Translations under genes and position numbers: made by a program
The notes under the pieces: generated by a model
Seen by the model: the letters and a program-made list of their open reading frames with translations, nothing else
What the model was told of the DNA's origin: nothing
The model's database searches: none
In this document: piece after piece, positions 49,658-60,535 of the stretch
Position numbering within the stretch: the stretch's first letter is position 1
Layout: every line of letters starts with the position of its first letter
Assembly (NCBI GenBank): GCA_977017645.1
Contig: OZ360221.1
Location: forward strand, 175,708,001 to 175,772,000
Reading direction: 5' to 3'
Origin: Torpedo marmorata
Taxonomy: Eukaryota
Length of the DNA: 64,000 nt

Positions 49658-52600
49658 GCCCCTATTTGGGAAGCTTTAAAGGCTTATTTAAGAGGTCAAA
49701 TATTAAGTTATTCAGCAAAAATTAAGGAGGAATATATTCAGGAATTGGATAATCTGGAGAGGGAGATTGGGTTTTTGGAGAAGGAATTGCGAAAAAAGGA
49801 AACAGAAGAAAAGAGAAAAAATTTAACTGAAAAAAAATTATATTATAATACGTTACAAACATATAAAATGGAAAAATTAATTGAAAGAACTAAGCAAAGA
49901 TATTACGAACTGGGAGAAAGAGCTCATAAAGTGTTAGCGTGGCAATTAAAGAAAGAACAAACTTCTAGAACTATGTGCTATAAAAAAAAAATTCAAAGAA
50001 AATAACATATAAACCTCGAGAAATAAATGATTCATTTAAGGAATTTTATTTAAATTTATATAAATCTCAAACTGATAAAGATGATTCTAAAATTAAGTTA
50101 CCTAGATTAAATATTCAAAGTAAAAAAACTTTTAGATACATCGTTTACGATGAGAGAAGTTAACGATGTTCTTTAATAAGTGGAAAATCTCTGGGGGAGG
50201 ATGGTTTCCCATCAGAATTTTATAAGGAATTTAAGGATTTATTGATACCTCCATATATGGAGGTGTTAAAATAAATAACGGAATCTCATTCTCTCCCAGA
50301 AACATTTTCAAATGCAATAATAACATTTATACCTAAAAAAGATAGAGATTTGTTGAAAACAGAATCATATAGACCAATTTCATTGTTAAATGTGGATTAT
50401 AAGATCATGGTGAAAATTTTAGCAAATAGAGTGGCTAAATATTTACCAGATTTAATTCATGCAGATCAAGTGGGTTTTATTAAGAATAGATATTCAAAAG
50501 ATAATATTGCCAGATTGATTAGTTTAATAAATGTGGCACAAAAGAAAGAGGAATTAGCACTAGTATTAACATTGGATGCCAAAAAGGCTTTTGATCGATT
50601 AGAGTGGAATTATTTATTTAAAGTGTTAGAAAAATTTGGTTTTGGAACTACATTTATTAATTGGATTAAAACTATATATAAAGAACCCTCTGCCAAAGTG
50701 GTGACAAATGGACAAATTTCTTCAAAATATTTGTTGTCAAGGATGCCCTTTGTCGCCAGCATTGTTTATTTTAGCAATAGAACCTTTAGCAGAATGAATT
50801 AGACAAGATATTAAGATTGTAGGTATTAAAGTTGGAAAAGAAGAACATAAAATTAGTTTATTTGCAGATGATGTAATGATTTACATGACAAAAACTATTA
50901 ATTCTTTAACACAATTGACTGTTTTATTGAGAGAATATGGGGAAATATCTGGTTATAAGATTAATTCTGATAAAAGTGAAATTATGGCATTGACACAAGG
51001 AGATTATAATAAATGTAAAGAAATTACGCGATTTAAATGGTCAAATAATGGAATTAAATATTTGGGAATAAAAATAGACACAAAATTAGCTAATTTATAT
51101 AAATTAAATTATTTACCATTATTTATGAATATTAAAAAAGATTTAGAAAGTTGAAAGGATTTACCTATAACTTTAATAGGAATGGTAAATTGTATTAAAA
51201 TGAATATTTTTCCAAGAATTCAATATCTTTTTCAATCAATTCCTTATGAAATTCCTCAAAAATTCTTTAAAGATTTAAATTTAATTATTCAGAAATTTTT
51301 GTGGAAGGGAAAGTTGCCCAGAATAGGTATGGAGATATTAACTTGGGATTATGAAATGGGAGGCTTACAACTTCCCAATTTTCAAAATTATTATAAAGCA
51401 GCTCAATTAAAATTTATTAATGAAATGTTTGATTTAGAAAATTCTTCTGCTTGGATTAGAATAGAATTAAATAATACAGGAGAGCATTTGAAAGAAGAAG
51501 TTATTTATAAATGGAATTCTAAATTATTATTAAGGGGAGGTCATAATTCTCCTATTTTAAAACATCTGTTAGAAATATGGAATAAAGTGGATAGGGAGAT
51601 AGGAGGGAAAGGGTTAATTTCTCGAAAAATGCCTTTATATCAAAATAAACTTATTCAATATACTATTGACAATCAATTATTTAAAATTTGGTTTCAAAAA
51701 GGAATTAAAAAAATAAATGATTGTTTTGAAGCTAGTAAATGTATTACTTTTCAAAGAATGAAAGAGGTTTAATGTATTAAATAATACACTTTTTGCTTAT
51801 TATCAAATTAGAGCATTTTTAGTTGAAAGATTGGGTTATAGTTTAACTTTACCAAGTGAATTGGAACTATTAGTTACTAATGGGGATATAAATAAATTTA
51901 TTTCTCAAATGTATAGATTGTTACAGAGAAAAATGCCTAAATTAGGAATTCATAAATCAAGATTAAAATGGGAATCAGATTTGAATGTAACAATAGATGA
52001 AGAACATTGGAAAGAAATATGTAAACAAAGTATGACGAAGATTATTAATGTTTGATGTAGGTTAGTGCAATATAATTTTTTGCATCAATTATATTTAACG
52101 TCTTAGTGGGGATGGGGGGGTTGGGGAGGGGAGGGAGGGAGGGAGGGTGGGGGGGTGAAAATGTATCACATGTATTTTGATAATTTTATATTTTATTTTA
52201 TGTATTTTGTGATTTAAAAGTTTAAATTAAATAATTAAATAAATAAAAAATTATAGTTAACGCCTAAGAAATTAAAGAAACTTAATTCGACATTATCAGG
52301 TTTATGTTTCAGATGTAATAGAGAGGAAGGTTCTTTTGTACACTCTACGTGGCTTTGTCCAAAGATATATGATTTCTGGTTGAAAGTTAAGAAGTTTTTA
52401 GACAAAGTATTAAGAATTACATTCCCAATGGATCCTATGATATTTTTGTTTGGAGATATTAAAAGAATTAGTATTAAAATGAGATTAAATATGTATCAAA
52501 TAGAATTTTAGCAAATTGCTTTAGCTGTTTCAAAGAAATGTATTGCTATTACATGGAAATCTGATGTAGATTTAGGGTTATAAAGATGGGATGCAGAACT

Positions 52601-52979
52601 TCGTTCAGCTATACCACTTGAAAAAATTACTTCTAATTTACGTAACAAATATCATTTCTTTTTGAAAATATGGAGCCCGTATATAAAAACTGTGGGTCTA
52701 AGGATTTGAAGATCTCTGGATATCAGATCTGACTGGCGAACCTGTGTTCCACAATAAAATAAGCTTATAGTTGTTCTTTTTAGATTGACATTCTCCATAC
52801 TCTTATCTTTTTCTTTCTTTCTCTTTCTATATTATTAGAATAGTAGGGGTGGTGGAGTTGGGAGAAGGGGGGTGAAAATATATCACATGTATTTTGATAA
52901 TTTTGCATTTTATAAATATGTATTATCGAGTGATTTAAAATGTTTTTTTAAATATCTATTTATTTATTTATTTTTTTAA
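49658..52979 (+). mobile_element. L1/Tx1-type LINE, 5'-truncated, frameshifted
   Basis: 9-bp TSD aaggactaa (49649-49657, 52980-52988); WEALKAY.RG, YRPISLLNVD, LFADD and LEKIT motifs; same family as 2-2428 and 17018-17894. Confidence 0.94.
52101..52248 (+). mobile_element. L1 3'-UTR-only insertion (G-rich) inside an L1 of the same family
   Basis: 14-bp TSD with one mismatch (aattatatttaacg 52087-52100, aattatagttaacg 52249-52262); body matches the 3' UTR at 52845-52950 and the reverse complement of 17020-17140. Confidence 0.9.
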
Positions 52980-53653
52980 AAGGACTAACCTTTCAATTTT
53001 GTTTTTAAAGGATCTGATGTTGGCTTTTGTATTAATAAATATACATTTTAAGATTTTATCTTAATCCCTATAAAGTATATTGTCCATATATAGTGATTGC
53101 ACTCATCTGGAGAATGGTGAGAGGTAAATGAAAAGGCCTCCAGTGAACTGGTAAAAGCTGCTGCTTGCTTGTTGTTGTACTCACTGAAGAACACCAAATT
53201 AAGAAGATACATTGGAAGTATTATCGGCGTTTTGTAGACAAAGTTTTCATCTTTTTGCCATGCCTATCAGCGCATCCCAAATTGGACCACTAAGTTCATT
53301 AAATTCAATTGTGTAGAGTCTTCTGCAAATAAAAAAGACTATTTAGAATCTAGAACATTACAGCACAGAATATAGGCCCTTCTAGTCTGTGCTGAACCAT
53401 TATTCTGCCTGGTCCCACTGACATGCATTCATTCCATATCCCTCTATACCCCTCCCATCCATGTACTTGTCCAAATTTTTCTTAAATGTTAAAGTTGAGC
53501 CCACATTCAACACTTCAGCTGACAGCTCGTTCCACACTCCCACCACTCTCTGTGTGAAGAAATTCCACCTTATGTTCCCCCTAAACTCCCGTTTCATCAT
53601 TAATCCATGTCCTCTGGTTTGTATCTCACCTAACCTCAGTGGAAAAAGCCAAC

Positions 53654-54280
53654 TTCAAGGTTCCCTTTTTATTGTCATGTAATAATCCATTAAAAATGTA
53701 ACATACATGATATATTTATTTTGTCTGCCGTAAATCCGAGCTCCAGATACAAACCTCCAACACAATTAGGAAGCCCTAAGCACCAGAGACCCTACAGGAG
53801 CCCTTCTTGCCCTCAGCACCCCCTAGAATCCAAGCTCCGATGACTGGTTCCCATGAGCCAGTTTCCAGCAGCCCGCAGCCCGTGCGGGTCCATCAGCCGG
53901 TCTGCTGCCGTAGTCACCGTCCTGTAGGGTCCTTCAGCAGCTGAGCCCCTTGCTGGTTCATTGCCGAGGTCACTGTCCTGTGAAGTCGTCTCCTATGCTT
54001 CTCCTTCTCAGTGGGGATTGTCCTCCCCATTTCTGGTGGCCTGCACCAGTCCGCTGCTCCCCCGGAGTCTGCAACCCCTCGTGGCCGCTGCCGATTACAG
54101 GCGCCGCCATCTTGGGCACAGTCTGGAGGTTGCAGGATTTTACTTACAAACAACGTTGGCTCCTTTAACAGGCAGTTTAAAGCCTGTACGAAGCCACCGG
54201 TATTAGGACTGGGTGGTTGAACCCTTCAGAGCTCCCCGCTCTTCCCGGGTCTGCACCAGCTGCTGCTATTTTTTATTTTT
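53654..54280 (-). mobile_element. Non-coding retroposon with Rex1-like 3' tail (copy 1)
   Basis: Interrupts CR1; minus-strand end atgacaataaaaagggaaccttgaa; body homologous to 59362-60134. Confidence 0.7.
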
Positions 54281-55240
54281 CATTTATTCTATTTATACCC
54301 ATCATAATTTTGTGTACATCTATCAAATCTCCCCTCATTCTTGTATGTTCCAGGGAATAAAGTCCTAACCCGTTCAACCTTTCCCTGTAATTTAGCTCCT
54401 CAAGTTCAGGCAACATCCCAGTAAATCTTCTCTGAACTCCTTCAATTTTATTGATATCTTTCCTGTTTCAGTGACCAAAACTGCACACAATACTCCAAAT
54501 TTGGCCTCAACAATGTCTTATACAACTTTACCATAAGATCCCAACCCCTATACTCAATATTTTGATTTATGAAGGTCAATATGACAAAAGCTTTCTTTAC
54601 AACCCTGTCTACCTGTGATGTCACTTTCAGGGAATTATGTATCTGTATTCCCAGATCCCTCTGTTCTACCGCACTCCTCAGTGCCCTACTGTTTACTGTG
54701 TATGTCATTCCAAAATGCAACACCTCACACTTCTCTGCATTAAATTCCATCTGCTATTTTCCACCCCATTTTTCCAGCTGGTTCAGATCCCTCTACAAGC
54801 TTTGAAAGCCTTCCTCGCTGTCCACAATCCCTCCAATCTTAGTATCTTCAGCAAACTTGCTGATCCAATTTACCACATTATCATCCAGATCATTGATATA
54901 GATGACAAACAATAATGGTTCCAGCACCGATCCCTGAGGCACACCACTAGTCACAGCCCTCCAGTCAGAGAGGCAATCATCCACTACCACTCTCTGGCTT
55001 CTCCAAAGCCAATGTCGAATCCAGTTTACTACCTCACCATGAATGCCAAGCGACTGAATCTTCCTAACTAATCTCCCATGTGGGACTTTGTCAAAGGCCT
55101 TACTAAAGTCCATGTAGACAACAACCACAGCATTTCCTTCATCAACTTTCTCAAAAAACATCCTCAAAAAACTCCATAAAATTTGTTAAACATGACCTAC
55201 CACACACAAAGCCATTTTGACTATCCCTACTCAGTCCCTG

Positions 55241-56163
55241 ACCTCACATTCAATGTCACCAAAACCAAGGATCTGATCGCGGACTTCAAGAAAGGAAAAC
55301 CAGAGGTGTGCGATTCATACCTTGATGAAGGGCTCAAGCCCGAAACATTGGTTATGTATCTTTATCTTTTCTTTTTAAAGTACACTGTTTGATTTGCTGA
55401 GTTTCTCCTGCATTGTGTTTTTACGTGTACGATCCAGTGATCATTGGGGGATCAGAGGAGGAGAGGGTGAGCAAATTTAAATTCCCGGGAGTTACTGCCT
55501 CAGAGGACCTTTCCTGGATCCAACATACTAATGTCATAGTGAAGAAAGCACATCAGTGCCTCTACTTCCTCAGGAGTTTGCGGAGGTTTGGTATGACATC
55601 GGAAACCTTGGCAAACCTCTACAGATGTGTAGTAGAAAGTATGCTGACCAACTGCTTCATGGTCTGATATGGGGACACCAATACCTCTGAGCAGAAATCC
55701 CTGCAAAAGGTAGTGGACACAGCCCAGTACATCACAGGCAAAACTCTCCCCGCCATCGAGAAAATCGACATGGAATGCTTCCGTCGGAGATCAGGAACAA
55801 TCATCAAGTATCCACACCACCCAGGGCATGCTCTGTTCTCACTGCTGCCACAAGAGTATAGTTGCCACAAGACTTGTACCACCAGGTTCAGGAACAGTTG
55901 CTACCCCTTCACCATCAGACTCCTAAACAACAAACTCAGAGACTCATTTAAGGACTTACTTTGCACATTATTTATTACTCAATAATTTTTTTTCTGTATT
56001 TCAGTTTGTTTACATTTTTCTCTTTTGCATATGTATCTTTTCTTGAGTACAGATTTTTCTTTGCACTGCCGATAAGTAGAAATTCTGCCTGGCCTGCAGG
56101 AAAATGAATCCCATGGTTGTATGTGATGACATGTATGTACTGACAATAAATCTGAACTTTGAA
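55241..56163 (+). mobile_element. Rex1/Babar 3' fragment inside CR1, itself holding a Penelope-derived piece (55315-55424)
   Basis: FNVTKTKDLIADFK, LRSLRRFGM and HPGHALFSLLP motifs; ctgaactttgaa tail; inner piece flanked by gtgtgcgat/gtgtacgat. Confidence 0.88.
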
Positions 56164-58648
56164 CTATCCAGATACTTGTATATCCGATCTCTTAGAACAC
56201 CTTCCAATAACCAGCTTGCTACTGATGTCAGGCTCACCAGCCAAAAATTTCATGGGTTATTTTTGGAGCCTTTTTTAAGCATTGGAACAATATGAGCTAC
56301 CCTCCACTCCTCCAGCACCTCACCTGTAGCTCAGGAAATGTTAATTTATATCTGCGAGTGCCCCTGCAATTTCTGCACTAGCCTCCCTCAAGGTCCGAGG
56401 GAATGCCTTGTCAGGCCCTGAGGATTTATCCACCTTTATTCACTTTAAGACAGCAAGCACCTCCTCCTCTTTAATCTGTAAAGGTTCCATGACTGCTTGT
56501 TTTCCTCACTTCCCCAGACTCTGTGCCAGTTTCCTTAGTAAATACAGATGTAAGAAAAAAACATTTAATACCTCCTCCATCTCTTCTGGCTCCAGACATG
56601 TCTGACCACTCTGCTCTTCAAGAGGTCTAATTTTGTCCCTTACTATCCTCTTGCTCTTAATATACCTGTAGAAGCCCTTACGATTTTCCTTTACCTTGTC
56701 TGCAAAAGCAACCTCATGTCTTCTTTTAGCCCTCCTGATTTTCCTCTTTACCTGCATTCTTTATACTCCTCAAGTTCCCCATTTGCTCCTTGTTGCTTAT
56801 ATCTGCCATATACCTCTCTCTTCTTAACAAACAACTCTCAAAAATCAAGATCCTTATGCCTGTTAACCGCCTTTAATCTTTACAGGAACATACCACCTCT
56901 GTTCTCACAAAATTTTACCTTTAAATGGCTCCCACTTACCAAGCACAACCTTATCAGAAAACAATCTAGCCTCATCCACGCTTTTTAGATCCTTTCTCAT
57001 TTCCTCAAACTGGCCCTTCTCTCCAATTTAGAATCTCAACCCAAGGACCAGGCCTATCCTTATTCACAATTATCTTGAAACTAATGGCATTATGATCACT
57101 GGACCAAAATATTCCCCTACACATACTTCTGTCACCTATCCTATCTCGTTCCCTAATAGGAGATCCACTATTGCACTCTGTCTAGTTGGTACCTCAATAT
57201 ATTGATTTAGAAAACTTTCCTGAACACCTTTGACAAACTCTAAGCCATCCAACTCTTTCACAGTATGGGAGTCCCAGTAAATATGTGGAAGGTTAAAATC
57301 ACCTACTGTCACATCTTTGTTTTTCCTGTAGCTGTCTGCTGTCTTCCTGCAGTTTGCTCTTCCAATTCTCACTGACCATTGGGTGGTCCACAGTACAACC
57401 CCATTAATATGGTCATACCTTTCCCTTTCCTCAGCTCCACTCATATAGCCTTAGTTTTCAAGCCCTCTATTCTGTCCGGTTGGAGCACAGCTGTGATATT
57501 TTCCCTGACGAGCAATGCCACTCCTCCCACTTTCCTGCCTCCTGCTCTATCACATCTGCAACATTGAGCTGCCAGTCCTGCCCCTCCTGCAACCAAGTTT
57601 CAATGATGGCCACAATGTCATAATTCCACGTACCAATCCACACTCTAAGCTGGTCTGCCTTTCCTACAATACTCCTTGCATGAAAATAGATGCACCTGAG
57701 AACATTATTTCTATCACATAAAACCCTTTGATTTTTGTCTCTATATGTAGGGTTAACATCTTTTTCCTACTACATGCCTCTATCTGCTCTGGCACTCTGG
57801 TTCCCATTCCCCTGCAAATCTAGTTTAAATCCACAGAGCAGCACTAGCAAACCTTCCCACAAGGATATCAGTCCCCCCTCCAGTTCAGATCCAAACCGTC
57901 CCATTGGAACAGGTCCCACCTTCCCTGGAAGGAGCCCAATGATCCAGAAGTCTGAAGCCTTCCCTTGTGCACCATCTCTTTAGCCACTTTAAGCTGCATT
58001 ATCCTCCTATTTCAAACCTCACTAGCATGTGACACAGGTAGCAATCCTGAGATCACAATCCTGGAGGTCCTGTTCTTCAACTTCATACCTAATTTCCTGA
58101 ACACTTTCCTGGAGCTCATCACCCTTCCTACCCATGTCATTGATCCCTACATGGACCACAACATCTGGCTGCTCACCCTCCCTCTTGAGAATGCCATGAA
58201 CTCATTCGGAGATGTCATAGACCCTGCCATCTGGGAGCAAATATAGCATCCAGGATTCTCAATCTCTTCCACAGAACCCCTCATTATTGAATCCCCTATC
58301 ATTACAGCTCACTTCTTCTCCTCCCTCCCTTTCTTAGCCTCCTAGGTGTGATTGCATCCCTGTAACTAACACTTTCTAAGCCTTCCAGGATCTAGAATTC
58401 ATCCAACTCCAGCTCCAGCTTCAATTCCCTTTCATGGTTTGCAAGGAACTGCAGTTGGATGTGCTTCTCACAGATGAAGTCATCAGGGATACCGTTGGTT
58501 TCCCTGACTGTCCACATTCTACAAGAGGACCATCTTCCTGCCCTGGCTGCCATTCACACTGGCTATGAAATAAAAAAAAGTGATAAAAGCCTGTCCTTAC
58601 CTGTGCCTTCTTGCTGAATCCTTTCGATCCTCGACAGGATTGTACTCT

Positions 58649-58717
58649 ACTCAACTCAACTCAACTCAACTCAACTCAACTCAACTCAACTCAACTCAAC
58701 TCAACTCAACTCAACTC
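58649..58717. repeat. (CTCAA)n pentanucleotide microsatellite in the CR1 5' UTR
   Basis: About 13 perfect copies. Confidence 0.97.
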
Positions 58718-59171
58718 CTACACCACCACCTCTGCTCACCAAAGCCTCAAAAAAAAAATCCCACTTTTACATTGGCCACTCCCATAGTGGTCACTCCACT
58801 TAAGATCTCCTTCCCTTTATTGGCTACAGCTAATTACCCAATGGAGAAAGTTGAACAAGCACCTAACATTCCCACTAATTTGGCACTTGTTTTTCTTTAT
58901 CTAAGACAATGCTTGAGAACACAAAGCAAGAATAGTTCTCAAGCAAAGTGTAGCAGTAATGCAGCGTAAACACTCTTGATATTATGTGGCAAAACAAGAG
59001 AAATTGTTCCAGGCCCTTAAAAGTATAAAGCAAACTTGTTCAATGTAATGGATAAAAAGAAGCACCAGAAAAAAATGTAACATCTGGTTTTGTTTTTAAT
59101 TTTTTCTCTCTCCGCCTGTACAATCTTTTTGTATTCTCTGAAAGCTTTTGCCAAATTGGCCTTCACAAATC

Positions 59172-60535
59172 TAAGTATGGAATACAGGAGTTGGGATGTT
59201 ATGTTTAAGTTGTATAAGACATCGGTGAGGCCAAATTTTGAGTATTATGTGCAATTTTGGTGACCTACCTACAGGAAAGATATCAATAAGATTGAAAGAC
59301 CACAGAGAAAATTTACAAGAAAGTTGCCAGAACTTGAACAGCTGAGTTCTGGAGAAAGGTTCAAAGGTTTCTTTTATTGTCACCTAATAATATATTAAAA
59401 ATATAATATACATGATATACTTCAAATTTTGTCTGTCGTAAGGTAAGCAAAGAGTCACCATGAGCATTGCCCGGTGCCCTTAACAGTAGGAGAAAGAGAA
59501 GCAAAAGAGAGTCCCTTCAGAGACACTGAGTGTCCGTGAATTCACCTCCACGCTCCCGCTCCCTGTGCAGCCGCACAGACTCCAGTTCAGACCATTGGCA
59601 ACCCGAGGTTCAGATCCAAACCTCCAATACAGTCAGGAAGCCTTCAGTGCCCTTGGCCCTTTGGGAACTGTTCTAGCCCATAGCACCCTGTTGAATCCCT
59701 GTTCCCATGAACAGGTCTCCAGCTGCCCACTGCCTGTGTGAGTCCTTTGACCACAAATCACCAACCTTCAGCCTGTGTGGGTCTTCTGCCACTGAGCCCC
59801 TCGCTTTTCATCCCTGTCCTGTAGGTTCATCTCCTCTGCATCTCCTTCTCAATGGGGGTTGTTCACCCCATTTCTGGTACCCTACACTGGCCTGCTGCTC
59901 CCCCAGAGTTTGTAATCCTTCATGGTACGCTGCCCGGCAGAAGCACTGCCATCTTCGGCACAGACCCCGTGGTTGCAGGATTTAAAAAAAAACACTGTTG
60001 GCTCATTTAAGGCTGTTAAAAGCCTGTTGGATCTGTCGGCATTTGGACTGGAGGGTGGGACCCTGCGGAGCAGCGCTATGTCTCCGCTCGCTGCTTTCCC
60101 AGGTCTACACCAGCAGCAATGCTGCCATTTTTTTGGTTGAATAAGTTAAGAGTTTATTCCCTGGAGTGTCGGAGAATGAGGGATGTGATAGAGATAAACA
60201 TATTTAGAAGGGATATAGATAGGGTAAATGCAAGCAGGCTTTTTCCTGAAGTTGGGTGAGACGAGAACTAGAGGATATGGGTTAAGGGTGAGAGGTTAAT
60301 CTTTAAGGGAAAAATTAAAGGGAACTTCTTCACACAGAGGCTGGTGAGAGCATGGGACAAGTTGCCAGCAAGTTCTGTTTCACCCTTTAAGAGAAATTTG
60401 GATAGGTACGTGCATGGGAGGGGCATAGGGACTAAGGTCCAGGTGCAGGTCGATGGAACTGGGCGAAATCATAGTTTTATGAACTAGATGGGCCGAAGGC
60501 CCTGTTTCTGTGCTGTAGTGTTATATGATTTTATG
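59172..60535 (+). mobile_element. CR1 3' fragment split by a non-coding retroposon
   Basis: gtgaggcca.attt.gagtatt.tgtgcaattttggt... and terminal gggccgaaggccctgtttctgtgctgta. Confidence 0.88.
59362..60134 (-). mobile_element. Non-coding retroposon with Rex1-like 3' tail (copy 2)
   Basis: ggtt direct repeat at both junctions (59358-59361, 60135-60138); homologous to 53654-54280. Confidence 0.72.

Larger units (their letters stand above)
53344..58885 (-). mobile_element. Near full-length CR1 LINE of a second family, decayed, with nested inserts
   Basis: YMDFSKAFDKVPH, PQGSVLEP, KFAED, GDFNLP and LKSRTSRIVISGLLP (ORF1 esterase) motifs; 5' UTR with microsatellite; 3' tail at 53344. Confidence 0.9.

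Noticed and set aside
58580-58969. 129-aa ORF with STQLN repeats
   Set aside because: It is a translation of the (CTCAA)n microsatellite on the antisense strand of a CR1 5' UTR.
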